From Octopus sinensis (Eukaryota): a stretch of DNA of 64,000 nucleotides. Under the pieces are notes generated by a model that saw only the letters and a program-made list of their open reading frames with translations, was not told the DNA's origin and ran no database searches. A program made the translations under genes and the position numbers. Of the stretch, positions 50,631-64,000 are shown piece after piece. The stretch lies in contig NC_043018.1 in NCBI RefSeq assembly GCF_006345805.1, positions 29,140,001 to 29,204,000 on the forward strand, given 5' to 3'. Every line of letters begins with the position of its first letter. Position 1 is the stretch's first letter.

Positions 50631-50757
50631 TCACATCATCTCATCTTCATCATCACTATCATCGTCGTCGTCGTCACCATCGGCATAATCATCGCCATGA
50701 TCATCATTATCACGATCATCATCGTCACCATCGCCATCTTTATCATTATCGTCGTCG

Positions 50758-50799
<42 letters not shown>

Positions 50800-50840
50800 A
50801 TCATCATCACCATCATAATCACCATCATCATCATCATTAC
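50405..50840. repeat. (ATC)n-dominated cryptic trinucleotide block
   Basis: Seen directly; source of the poly-H/S/D/M ORFs. Confidence 0.95.
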
Positions 50841-51151
50841 TATTATTTGAAGAACCCTTTGCTTTCAGCGGCTCTCATACTAAAATATTTATTCCATTAG
50901 AGCATTTACGAATGGTAATTCCTTTTTATTTCTTATACGATCGAATCATCATCCACTTCTCCTTTATTGTTACATTGGTTGTTGTTGTTGTTGTTGTTGT
51001 TGTTGTTGAGTCTACTAAAGAAACATATTTTTATTATATTTCTTAAGTGTTTTTCTCTTGTCATTTAGCATCGATTGCTGGAAGTATTACCATATATATA
51101 TATATGTATATATATTATATGTGGGGGGGGGGTCTGGTGTATCATACATAC

Positions 51152-51191
<40 letters not shown>

Positions 51192-51311
51192 TATTTTTAT
51201 ATATATATATATATGTATATATTTGTATATATATGCATGTACGTATATGTATATGTATATGCATATATACATATATATATATGCATATATAATATTTTAT
51301 GTATATATACA

Positions 51312-51360
<49 letters not shown>

Positions 51361-51497
51361 TGCATAATGTGTGGATATATATATGTGTGTGTATATATAG
51401 TCATTTATATGTATATATGCGCATATCAATGAAAATATATATAAGTATAAAATACATGTACACATACACAACAAAACATGCATGCATATATATATAT

Positions 51498-51532
<35 letters not shown>

Positions 51533-51637
51533 TTATGTATTATATATAAATATGTATACATTATATATTTACGTACACATATATACATAGGTGTATATGT
51601 ATGTAGGTTTCCCTCTCTCTCTCTCTCGTATTATATA

Positions 51638-51677
<40 letters not shown>

Positions 51678-52881
51678 CTTGTACAATGGGTCTATATAAC
51701 TGTGATGGATGAATGGAGGGTGAGAAAATGTATTCTTTCTTTTTTACCAATATTCTTACACTGCTTCGCCTATTCTTTTTTCTCATTCGTGTTTCTTTAT
51801 TTTTACGATATTCTCTCACATTCAAACATTTTCCCAGATATTGTCTTTCATTCTTTGAATAATTTTCCATTCTCTTCAATATGTTTTCTTTGCATTCGTC
51901 AGTTCTTCACACTAATGATTTCAACCTTTTTTCGTTTCCCAATTGTACAGCATAAATTCCTCCATTTTTCATTCTTTTTATTCTTTCATTCTTTCTACAA
52001 AATTCTGTTTTATTCTTCTCCATATGTTCCTTCCATATTTGTTTCTCCTTCATTGTCTTCTTTCCTTTCTTCACGCTTTGCTTTTTTTCTTTCATTCTTC
52101 TCAATATTTATTTTTGTGATATTTAGCTATCGAGAGTCAGAGAGTCAGACAAAATAATTTGCGGTGTAGTGTTGTGATTATTAAGATATAAGCTAGAATC
52201 CCACCGAGATTACTCAGCCTAATATATGAATATCCATTCAAGGGCTGAAAGACCAAGAACCAATCAATCACTAGCTTCGTGTCAGTGCAGACGATTGTAC
52301 TTCTGACGCCCTTCGCTTCCATAGGCCATCCATAATTTTCTCCCTTGTTCTCGACTCTAAGCTGTTGCTTTTCTTTCTATTTGGTTGGATCCCTAATTTT
52401 CCTTTCTGATCTCCTGCACTGCGTCTAATGTTCCTCTGATGGGAGACCTTTTTCTCCCACATGTTGCTGATTTTGAATTGTCTATAAGTTTGGTTTCTAT
52501 AAGTTTGCGTTTCTTCTTTCTCTGTAGAGGCGTTGGCTTACCGCAAAACCACTTTCTAGCCTCTATAGTTTAACTTGTTCAGCACAGGAGGCCCTGCCAC
52601 GAGCTCGCCTACTGCTAGAATACCTTCCAGAAGGATTCAAGCACAGAAGCCATCATACTTAAATTTCTGAAAAATCCTCCACTTACAAATCAACATACCT
52701 TTCTCGATAGAAAGACAGCAAGCGATTGAAACCTAGAGCAGTCGAAGAAAATATGCTGCGATAAGACTGATAGTACGGAGTCAATTATTCGGGTACATTT
52801 CATTGGCTAACCACTTCTTTCAAAATTGTCTAAACAGATGTGACCAAATTATAATTGTTGTTGTTGTTGTTATTGCTATTG

Positions 52882-52936
<55 letters not shown>

Positions 52937-52968
52937 TACTGCTACTACAACTACTACTACTACTACTT

Positions 52969-53019
<51 letters not shown>

Positions 53020-53309
53020 TTTTGCGACAGGCGAAATGCTTACAGACATTTCGTCCGTCTTTAAGTTCCGTGTTCAAATTCCGCCAAGATCGATTTTACC
53101 TTTCATCTTTTGCATAGATTAAGTACCAGTGAAACACTGGACTCGATGCAATCGACACTGTGGTACAAATATACGAAGCCCAGTATAACCATCATGACTA
53201 CCCGTCTGATAACGGTACAACAGAACGCATGCATCACAACCATATATGCGTGACATGGTGATCTCATATCAAGATAAACACCGCATGACTTTGCAGGTTG
53301 TATTTCTCG

Positions 53310-53700
53310 TTTGGTATAGCCTAAGTTCCGAATCTATCTTTTCGATTTCAACTTTGAGCTTGCAACGATCACAGCACCTCAGATTGGAAGTGCTTTATCC
53401 TGGTCTTCTCTAATATATTGACTCAGCATCCTCACTACATCTTGTTGGTCGTCGTCGTATTCTTGTGCTATAGCTCTTCCTATTTACTGAAAATGCATTT
53501 ACAGTTACACTTTGTTCAACGTTTTCACTGCCGTCATTCATTTCTCTGTTTTCACCGGAAAATGTCCCTGTTGGTGAAGCATTATTTTTATTTTCTACTT
53601 CCCCTTTTATCTCTTCAGTTTCTATGTCTGTTAGCCACCGTTTTATTCTTATTGCTCATACCTAGTCGGCTAACCGTTGCTCACTTATTTCGATGAGTCC
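53310..53700 (-). pseudogene. R4/Dong-like non-LTR retrotransposon, N-terminal fragment
   Basis: Minus-strand translation EISEQRLAD..AIRIKRWLTDIETEEIK resembles the EQRLADQ.R.I..N.WL.E.E.EEI N-terminal motif of this clade. Confidence 0.45.
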
Positions 53701-53779
53701 TATTTAATTCCATTTGGCTTTCATTCATTGTCAGAAACCCACATATACAGGGTTCACGCTAGTTCATGCTAATTTATTA

Positions 53780-54890
53780 AGCAAGTATTTTATCTCCAAA
53801 TTTTGCTGACAAAAAATCTCCTCAAGTCTCAAGAATCTTCGTTAGGATACTTGAAGAATATAGTATAGTATGTTTCAGCTGATCGACAATTCGAATTTCA
53901 ATACAATCGTGTTCAGTCTTTTAGATGGCATTTTTGGTGCTGTGCCAAGTACACCAATTACTACAGGAATAATTGTTATCTGCCTAGATCCTGATATTTC
54001 TCACTGTTCTTTTTTAAATCTCTTTGGTATCGATTCTGCTTTCATAAGGAATTGCAAAATCTCTGATCTTACCCTGCCTGTTTATTTTGTCTCTGTGATC
54101 ATATCTGATTCTTTATTGCCCACAAGGGGCTAAACATAGAGGGGACAAACAAGGACAGACAAACGGATTAAGTCGATTACATCGACGCCAGTGCGTAATT
54201 GGTACTTAATTTATCGACCCCGAAATGATGAAAGGCAAAGTCGACCTCGGCGGAATTTGAACTCAGAACGCAACGACAGACGCAATACCGCTAAGCATTT
54301 TGCCCGGTGTGCTAACGTTTCTGCCAGCTCGCCGCCTTATCCTGTGATCATATCTGCTCTGTTTACAACAATAGTATGGTCAGTCTTTATGTGGAAATCT
54401 CATTTTCTATCCCAGACTCTGGTTCGTGATCACACTACTTTTTATTTGTTGTTTTGAAGCCACACACTCTATTATCATTCTAACGGACATTTTTGACTAT
54501 AGTCATGTCGGTTCTTAAAATTATGTGCTATCATACCGCATCCATTCATAAGACGACTGTTACTTTCATTTTCTTTCCTGCAGAGTCTACAATTGTCACT
54601 TGACTCTGTATTGTTGATCTTTGCTTTTAACAGATTTCTTCTAACAGCTTGTTCATGAGCAGCTACAATTAGCGTTTCTGTTTCTCGTTTCAATTTCCCA
54701 TCGAATAAACAGAGTTAGCGGTCTTTACTTCCGACATTCTCAGTTTGTTGCACGAATTTAACAAGTAGTTCCGTTGTTTTCCACTTGTTTATTATTTTTA
54801 CTCTGAGCAACATAATATTTTCAGAACCAGTATCGAAGTATTAAAATCCTCTGCCACCCTCCTTTCTTGATGGGTAGAATCGATTGGTAC
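53780..54890 (-). pseudogene. R4/Dong-like non-LTR retrotransposon C-terminus (Zn knuckle plus restriction-like endonuclease)
   Basis: ETETLIVAAHEQAVRRNLLKAKIN...CRLC...G.C......RHD, then D.AIP...RI..KE..K..KYQDL...IIPVVIGVLG. Frameshifted and interrupted by a SINE. Confidence 0.8.
54108..54341 (-). mobile_element. Full-length family A SINE with 15-bp target-site duplication
   Basis: CTGTGATCATATCTG at 54093-54107 and 54342-54356. Confidence 0.93.
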
Positions 54891-54901
54891 TGCTCTTATG
54901 G

Positions 54902-54974
<73 letters not shown>

Positions 54975-54989
54975 TTATTATTATTATGT

Positions 54990-55563
54990 GAGAGATCAGT
55001 TCATGCCATCAAAGTGACACTGGGGTAAAATATACGAAGCCCAATATACCCATCATGACTACCCGTCTAATAAGGGTACACCAGGCACATGCATCACAAC
55101 CATATGTGCGCGACATGGTGATCTCGTATCAAGATAAACAGCACATGACCTTGCAGGTGGGGCCCAGTTAGACATTTCTTCACGTCGAGTAGCCCATCCC
55201 GCTCAAAAGGTCCCTGAATAAGGGTTGTTTAAGGATGTTGAAAGAACCACCCATGTTTCCAGAGGTGAATTATTCAAACCCCAAAGAATCCCTCTCAACA
55301 CATGGCTATGATGCTCCCCCCACTACTTCTGCTCGTGATCAGAGATGCACATATCGTCAGCCACTAAGGGACATGCTCAACTGGTTAAGGTCAAACAACT
55401 GACAAGCATATCTGTGGTATTGAGCAGAATATTTGCTGTAGCCCATCTTTTATACCAAGACAAAACAATGTACATGATAACACTTCCAATCAGTTAAGAT
55501 CAGAAGCCACGAGAGCCACTGCCTGGTACTGCATCAGGGCAAGGTTCTGCATCAGGGCAAGGT
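54990..55563. mobile_element. Unclassified ~570-bp interspersed repeat (partial copy at 53155-53300)
   Basis: aaatatacgaagccc.....accatcatgactacccgtct...gatctc.tatcaagataaaca is shared by both loci; adjoins (ATT)n. Confidence 0.6.
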
Positions 55564-55699
55564 ACTTATTATTATTTGATGAAATCCCACAACATTTTAT
55601 ATTTCTTATTTTATGGTACTTTACTAGGTTCGTGTTCATATCATTTATCAATATGTTCAAATCCTAGCTTTCTACATCACTCCCAGTGGATTTCTGTCC

Positions 55700-56500
55700 C
55701 TAAGTCGTTATGACTTTACTTGTATCCTTTCTGTGCCAGCATACAACACTCTCTTACTATATGAGTAACACCTTCCCCCTTTGATTTGCCTAACCTACAT
55801 TGGAAATCTAAGTGGGTTTTGTCTATCTTAGCTTTTATCCAATTAGTCCTTAATGCCTGATCCTGTGCTGCTGCTAACAAACTTTCTGTCTTCCTTTCTG
55901 CAAACATATCCCTATCTCACTACTACTAGTAAGTGGATGCCTTCACTCTTGACTACCTGTTTCCTTTACATGACTAATATTGCACACTTATGTATGCCAA
56001 ATGTTATGCTTATATCTTTGGGAACCTGCCATGCATAGCATTCTCCTGTGAGTCAGATAGCTTCCGTTGTTTTTTCTTGTTTTTAACTTTGTTTTTTGGG
56101 GGCGGGGTTCCCTATATCTTGCTGTGAATCTAGCAGCTCTTAATACACTCTCTGCACTATTACCTACATAAGAGTCTACATGTACTTCATAAGACTCTTT
56201 ATGCAGTATTCTACTGATATTAGCCCTCTTCCATCTTCCTGTCGAGGTAAGTATAATCTTGGTACTCCTGCGGCTGGGTAGATTCCTCCGTTCATATTGA
56301 ATTCCTTCTTAGTTCTTCTGTCCAGTCTACAAAAGCTGCTGAGTATGTAAGTAAAGATTCTGCCCAAGTATACATCCTTCACTAGATTCGAACCATTTAG
56401 GTTTGGTTTCATTAGTTTCCTTACCCTTCTGATGTACTCCCTCTCTCCTAGATACGTATAAATCCCTTCTTTTAATGATTCACACCACATGGGAACCTCT
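55700..56500 (-). pseudogene. Second R4/Dong-like fragment (RT C-terminus to Zn knuckle)
   Basis: YTYLG...RRVRKL...LNGSNL; GVPRLYLPRQEDGRGLISVE; TESLLAAAQDQALRTNWIKAKIDK...CR. Confidence 0.82.
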
Positions 56501-56799
56501 ACACGTCCTATCTTCCGTATAAATCATAACAGTTCAGTTATGATTCCTGATGAAATTGACTTGACTCATTTTGTTGCACAATGCACAAGATTTACCTCTC
56601 TTGCAGTTATTTTCCAAAGCACAGCATGCAGAAAGTCCAATGTTAGTTTTCTTGGAGTCAGAAGTAGAGGTTAATAGATCTCTTATATTTTTATTCCGTC
56701 TCTCGGCTATAATATGTGACTGAAGGAATATTTGTTTGAAACGAGGATATATTTCGCAACATGCTGCTAACTTTCACGTAACACATTTGAAATGCCAGC

Positions 56800-57490
56800 G
56801 AAATTTCGGTGCCAATTAATCAATAAAAGAATTCTTCACATTTTATTTTGCTAAAGTCATGCGTGAAAATTTGACTTTCCTTGCTAATCTTAGCTGTCAT
56901 TTGCAATTTCCTTCAATCGTGATTCAATGTAACCGCGGTTCCTGGACAAAAGCATTTGCAAGTTTCCAGTGATCTTCTATATTAGCACAAATCCGTTTTA
57001 TCCTTAAAAATTGGGATTTCGGATTTGATCAAATTATATGATGTGGATGATCGGAGCGGTGGTGACAGTAAATGTTGGATGACGTGGGCTTGCAAAATAA
57101 TTCTGGCACTATCCTGCCTCCACAGAACTTAACTTTTGCGTCCAAGAATTCAACGCTAGTTTTTGAAAAACGACGTGAATTTTATGTTGGACTTAAAGCC
57201 ATAGTTTTTACCATAACAGTCACAGAAATTCAAGAAGCCAAATAAACTATCCTGTGATCCTTCCCAGACACAAAAGATGTCATCTATAAACCGTAGCCAA
57301 AGAATTGGTTCAGGACCATGTAAGGATTTAAATGTCTTCAGTAACTGTGTCTCGAATTTCGTGATGAGGACGTCAGCGAAATTACCTGCCATAGGGATAC
57401 CTGTGGTGCAACCTTTACTCTGGTGGTAAAATATTTTGTCTAAGCTTCATTATATTACTTTGTAACACAAACTTCAAAAAGCTACAGAGA
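56800..57490 (-). pseudogene. Penelope-like reverse transcriptase fragment
   Basis: FYHQSKGCTTGIPMAGNFA...WLRFIDDIFCVW...FLDAKV...LFCKPT...HPHH...SQFLRIKRIC...RGY is the PLE RT palm and thumb signature, with stops and frameshifts. Confidence 0.85.
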
Positions 57491-58169
57491 AAATTATTTG
57501 GAATTCTTTAGTTTGACCGCTTTTAGAAGGCTTCCATGCACGCTTCTACCTTCTCCTTCCTCTTCATCTCCTTACACTTCCACATTTTCGTCTCCCTCCA
57601 CTTCCTTCTCTTTTTCCTCCTCCACTTCTCTCTTCCCCTTCTCCTCTCCCTCCTCCTCCACGTCCTCAACTTCCTCCTTCACTTCCTCCTCCTTTTTCTT
57701 CTCTTTCTCCTTCTCTTTCTCCTTCTCTTCCACTTTCTCAGCAGACGTGTTTATTGCAGTTACGTCTGTGAATTAAGAGCTTATCTATTCAATGTTATAT
57801 GATTCCATTTTCCGTGAAATTATGAGAGGACGCTAAGTTGCAACGCTTCTTCAAACAACATTATCTAAGCTGATATTTTAGACTGACTTGGTAAGTTCGA
57901 CTATAATGTGAAAAGAACGAAACGTTTAGCTGCACATTATACATACATACCTGCGTACATACGTACATATACACATACATATACATACATACATACATAC
58001 ATAAGTATATACGTACATAAATACATATGTATATATATATATATACATATACATATACCTGTATATGTGCATATATATACATATACCTGTATATGTGCAT
58101 ATATATACATATATACATATACCTGTATACGTGTATGTATATATTTGTATATCCAAGCATATCAGTATG

Positions 58170-58214
<45 letters not shown>

Positions 58215-58592
58215 TTCCAGAACAATAAAATCATATTAATGAAATACTTACAACATGATATATATTTCAGGGCATGACACGGATTCGGGTTTCTAGCTTA
58301 AACGTGTAGATGTGTCAAGGAATTATACATAGATATCAGGCTGTCATCAGCAGGTAAGAGAAGATCACTAAGAGCGAGTTACTGGTTTATATAAACCAAA
58401 GTGTTGCAATGTATTTGAATGAGAACGAACAGGGAACAATGGAGAGGCCGTAAAGATTGCAAATCTTTATTAACCTTTACATTGAACTGTGTTGGACATT
58501 CAGAATTTGACATTAATCATTCTAATCTAATACTGGGACAGTGCAAGGCCAAATAAATTGACTTAGAAATTGTTACAATAACAGCAGCTAAG

Positions 58593-58668
<76 letters not shown>

Positions 58669-58984
58669 CTGCTGCTGCTGTTGTTCTTGTTGTTAAGTAA
58701 CAAGACGAGTAAGGGTGATTAGGTGATGGTCTAGGGCTTCCAGACCTTGGAAGAAAAAACCTTGGTCGTCTTGTAGTCGAGGGCTCTTCATTGACGCCCG
58801 ACACCACTGGGAGGTGGCTCTCGAAGTCGCTGGAAATGGAGATCGCCAGGTCCAAATTCTTGGACGGCTGCTGCTGCTTTGCTACTACTACTACTCTTGC
58901 TACTACTGTTGCTGTTTTTACTACTACTACTGCTGCTGTTACTGCTGTTACTACTACTATTGCTGCTACTGCTGCTGCTGGCTC

Positions 58985-59990
58985 TGAGTTGGCAGAATCG
59001 TTAGCATGCCGGGCAAAATGTTTAGCGGCATTTCGCCAGTATTTACGGTCAGTGTTCAAATTCCGCCCAGCTTCACATTGCCTTACATCGTTTCCGAGTC
59101 GAGGAAGTAAGTACCAGTTAAACAGTGGGGTCGATGTTGTCGACTAATCCCACTCCCGTCAAATTTCAGACCTTGAGTCTATACCAGTAAAAAAAAAAAT
59201 ATTATTATTATTATTAGTAGTAGTAGTATGTCAGTAATAGTAGTAAAATAAGTAAAATGCATAGTGGTATTTCGTCCGCGTTCACGTTCTGAGTTCAAAA
59301 TCCGTTGAGGTCCACTTTACCTTTTATCCTTTAGGGATCGATAAATTAAGTACTAATCAAGTATTGGAATCGATGAGATCGACTTACTTCTCTCAAAAAA
59401 ATTCAGGCCTTGTGCCTTTAGTAGCAAGGATTATTAGTATTGTGAAAGCAGTCACATGGCAAGATTGTCTCTGCGCCGGTCAAAATTCTTACCACTATTT
59501 CTTGCGGCTTTATATTCTCAGTTCAAATGTTACCCCGAGGTCGACCTAGCTTTTCACTTTGTCGGAGTCGACATAATAAGTACCAGTCATGTACTGGGCT
59601 CAACGTAATCGACTAGATCCCTTCTCCAAAATACTACTTGGACTTGTATCAACATTTGAAGCCATTCAAATAGGGATCGAGTTGGCAGAATTGCTAGTAC
59701 CTCGTACAATATGCCTAGCAGCATTTCCACTGGATCTTTACGTTTGGAGTTCAAACACCCCCGAGGTCAACTTTGGATATCATCTTTTTACGAGGTCAAC
59801 AAAACAAGATACCAATCAAGTTGTGGGTCGATTTTGAGCCCATATTGACGTTGATCTAAGATCGATTCACTTAGTATATCGACATCTGAGTTCAAATACG
59901 ACCGCGGTCGACTTTGCCATTGACCTTTTCGGGGATGATAAAATAAATACCAGTTGTGCACTGGGGGTTATATAATCAATTTTTTGAACT
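58985..59990 (+). mobile_element. Cluster of about five old family A SINE copies, same orientation
   Basis: Repeated agttcaaa..ccg..gaggtc.acttt...taagtaccagt at roughly 200-bp spacing. Confidence 0.65.
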
Positions 59991-60304
59991 TGTGCCAACA
60001 TTTACAACTAATTTATCGACATCCCCTATGAAAAAAGGAATGATGAAAAACTTTTGTTGAATTTAGTCAGATTCGAAATAGGAACGTACAGAGGTGTCAC
60101 TAAATACTGCAAGCTGTATCAAATCATGGTTAATCCACTGCTCTTGTAGCAGAAAATCCACACACGCCCAACCCCGTAAAAGAAACAACTTTTACTGGTC
60201 AGAAAATGTGATTGTGGGTGAAAGGAGTCAAAGATCACTTGACGTCAATAAGAAGCCACGTCCGCATGGAGATACTTCACACGCACGCACACACACTCAC
60301 ACAC

Positions 60305-60348
<44 letters not shown>

Positions 60349-60489
60349 GATGGCTACTCAACTAAGAAGTAGTAAGAGATGTGCGCCACCGCAGAAAGAA
60401 TTTGATTTATCTGTTGCTGTCTTTTATGTCACACACACACACATATATATATGTATGTATGTATCTATCTCTATCTCTCTCTCTCTCTC

Positions 60490-60520
<31 letters not shown>

Positions 60521-60537
60521 CATATATATATAGATAC

Positions 60538-60574
<37 letters not shown>

Positions 60575-60703
60575 ATATATATATATATGTATATATATAT
60601 ATACATATATATGTATATATATATATATACATATATACATATATATATATACATATATGCATATATACATATATATGTATATATATATATACATATATAT
60701 ATG

Positions 60704-60737
<34 letters not shown>

Positions 60738-60768
60738 TATAATATATATATATATACATATATATATG

Positions 60769-60845
<77 letters not shown>

Positions 60846-60999
60846 ATATATATATATATGTTTTACTCTAACAATCGGCTTAGTTAGAATATTTACTTGA
60901 TCACTCATTCGAAACAAATAAATAAATGGCACGTTCTGGAAATTGGAATTACATTTTTTATCTATTTATATCTTCAATTCTTTATTTTGATTTTCCTTA

Positions 61000-61367
61000 C
61001 GTTCTTATTACCGCTGCTGCTGCCGCTGCTACTGCTGCTCCTGCTGCTGCTGTTGTCATTGTTGCTGATATGACGCGGTGGTTGTTGTTGTTGTTACTTT
61101 TGTAGATGTTACTCTCCTCCATGTTTACGTTGTGAGATGTCACTGCAATCGTTTTAGATGTTCCTGTTGTTGTTGTTGTAGGTGTCAGTGCTGCCGTTCT
61201 TGTCGTAGATGTTACTGTTGGTATTGTTGCTGTTGTTATTGTTGTGAACGATGAAGTTGTAGATGGCGTTGCTGTCGTTCTTGCATCTGTTGCTCTCATG
61301 GATATTTATAATTGTAGATGTCGTCGTTGTTGTTGCCTTAGCTGTTTCTGTAGTAGTAGTAGTAGTC

Positions 61368-61400
<33 letters not shown>

Positions 61401-64000
61401 TGGTGGTGGTGGTGGTGGTGGTTGCTGTTGTTGTTGTTAATTTTGCCATAAATATTGTTATTGTAGATGTCGTTGCCGTCGGTGTTGTAGGTGTCGCCGT
61501 TGTAGCTCCTGCTGATAGATATTACTGTAGCTGTTGCTATTTTCCTAGATGTCACTCTTCTTTTGTAGATGATGATGATGGTGGTAGTGCTGGTGGTGGT
61601 GGTGGTGGTGGTCGAAGTGGTGACGATGATGATGATGGTGGTGGTAGTGGTGGTGGTGGTGGTGGTAACGACGATGATGATGATGGTGGTAGTGGTGGTG
61701 GTGGTGGTGGTGGTGCTAGTGATGACGATGATGATGATGATGATGGTGACGATGATGGTGGTGATGATGATGACGATGATGATGATGGTGGTGGTGTTGG
61801 TGTTGGTGGTGACGATGATGTTGATGATGATGATGAAGATGATGATGATGGTGGTGGTGGCGGTAGAGGTGGTGGTGGTGGAGACGATGATGTTGATGAT
61901 GATGGTGATGATGATGAAGGTGGTGTTGGTGGTGGTGATGATGATGATGTTGATGATGGTGATGATGATGATGAAGATGATGATCATGACGTTGATGATG
62001 ATGGTGATGATGATGATGGTGGTGGTGGTGGTGGTCGTGGTGACGATAATGTTGATCATGTTGATGATGATGATGATGAAGGTGGTGTTGATGGTGGTGG
62101 TGGTGGTGATGATGATGTTGATGATGGTGATGATGATGATGAAGATGATGATCATGACGTTGATGATGATGGTGACGATGATGATGAGGAGGAGGACGAC
62201 GACGACGACGATGACGATGATGATGAGGAAGATGATGATGGTAACGATGTCACCTAGATGTCACTATGTTCCTGTTGTTGTTATTATCGTATTAATGTTG
62301 CTGCTTTCGTTTTTATAGTTGCTGTTGCTGTCGTTGTTGTCATTGTTGTTATTGCTTTCTATATGTCGCTCTTGTTGTTGTTGTTGTTGCTGTTGTTATT
62401 GTTGTAAATCTTCCTATAATGCTATTGTCAAGTTTGATACAGGACGCGGGTGGGGGCAGATAGAGAAGAATTTTAATGCGAACGAACAATACAAAAAATA
62501 GATAATGGTATCTGAAAATATTGCCTATTTGAAATATACACAGGGGTGATGTTTAAACTATACGGTAGAGAGGCGAACAAAACGACATGTCATGTTTAGT
62601 GGCATCTTTCCTTTCTACGACCCGAGTTCAAATTCCGCTGGGGGACAATCTGTGTTTTTATTTATTTCATTTTTTTTTTTTCGCTTTACATAACTTTTGG
62701 TTGTGGTTGTGTTGGTTTCTTTGAGAATGTATAGTATAAAGTAGCATTGATTTTGCTTAGAAAAAAATTCCGTATCATTCTATTTTGTGTTCCGAAAAAA
62801 TCGTGGCATTGTATCAAGTTGGAAATTTATGTCTAACATACATTTTGTCGTCTTCTTCATCGTTAGCATCTTTACTCATCGTCATCGTCACCATCATCAT
62901 CATCATCATCATCATCATCGTCGTCGTCGTCATCATCACCGTCACCTGGCTGCGAGCACCGACAACATTACATTGCCACCACAAGCACCATCATGATCAT
63001 GATCATCATCATACAAAATCATCATCATTATCATCATCACCATCATCATCGCCAACACCACCATCACCATCCTCATAATCATCATCATAGGGATCATAAT
63101 CATCATACGCCATCATCATTATCATCGTGATCGTCATCATCATCATAACCCATCATCATCTTACCCCATCGTGATCATCGTCATCGTAATCATCATAACC
63201 CTCACCACTATCTGCCTTTTTATTATCATTATCATCATCCTTGTCATCATCATCGTCGTCGTTGTCATCGCCGTCATCATTATCATCATCATCATCATCA
63301 TCATCGCCATATCAGCAGCATCACCATCAACATCCTCATCATCATCATCGCTCATCTTCATCATTATCATCGCTATATCACCATCATCACCATCATCTTT
63401 ATCATCACCATCCTCCTCCTCCTCCTCCTCATCATCATCATCATCATCATCATTATCGTCATCGTCACCATCATCGGTCTTAGAGACAGTCATACATTTG
63501 GTAACATAAACCTCTGAATGATAAACCAGGAATCATAACCGCGAACATTTCTTTGTCTTCAAGTTCAACCATTTCTCGCGATTTCTTCCGCAAATGTAAA
63601 ACGCTGAACCATTAACAATGTACCTCGAGGGCCTAGTGGTGGTGGTGGTGGTAGTGGTGATGCTAATGATGATTGGGATAATGGTAGTGATGTCAGTGGA
63701 ATGGTGGTGGTAATTTCTGGAGATGATGGTGTTAGCGATGCTTTTGATGTCCCTACTCTGACACGAGCATTAAATAACAACTGTCATAAGAGCGGCACTC
63801 GCCATCCAACAACTCGCCATCCAACAACTCGCCATCCATTGCTGTGTTACCACCACCACCTTTCACTTTACTACCACCACCGCCACCAACACTACCATTA
63901 CCATCATCACTACCACCACCACTACCACCAACTCTACCAGCACCACCACCACCACCACTTCTATCACAACCACCAACAACCACACTACCAATACCACGAC
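61000..64000. repeat. 3-kb cryptic trinucleotide field (GAT/GGT/GTT, switching to ATC/ACC)
   Basis: Seen directly, with internal ~180-bp reiteration at 61880-62180. Source of the 333-aa and 337-aa low-complexity ORFs. Confidence 0.95.

Noticed and set aside
51591-52157. 188-aa F/S/L-rich ORF resembling a membrane protein
   Set aside because: It starts in (TA)n and runs through a T/C-rich low-complexity tract. Composition artefact.
61544-62265. 13-bp direct repeat CCTAGATGTCACT flanking a GAT/GGT block, as a possible TSD
   Set aside because: GATGTCAC variants recur locally (61137, 62246) within a cryptic repeat field, so it is not distinguishable from slippage products.

Overview
AT-rich, microsatellite-saturated eukaryotic non-coding DNA. 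The SINE families and the (TA)n/(ATT)n/(GAT)n load suggest an octopus or other coleoid cephalopod genome (inference, not a database match). No intact host gene is recognisable. Almost all supplied ORFs are translations of simple repeats; only a few weak candidate exons were found. Real coding remnants are two near-identical defective mariner transposons (16057-17331, 23667-24962), Penelope-like element (PLE) RT and GIY-YIG fragments, and R4/Dong-like non-LTR fragments. At least four tRNA-derived SINE families are scattered throughout. The main hidden signal is a dense population of type I hammerhead ribozyme (HHR) motifs, about 15 in 64 kb from at least six unrelated sequence families, nearly all in short (TA)n-embedded elements with inverted or tandem architecture. 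Highlights: (i) a ~494-bp tandem and inverted retrozyme-like array (5804-7629) with one HHR per unit; (ii) two unrelated families with a compensatory U3:A8 core (TTGAAAA instead of CTGANGA); (iii) a small family whose three copies show covariation in helix I. Ribozyme activity is inferred from sequence and hand-folding only.
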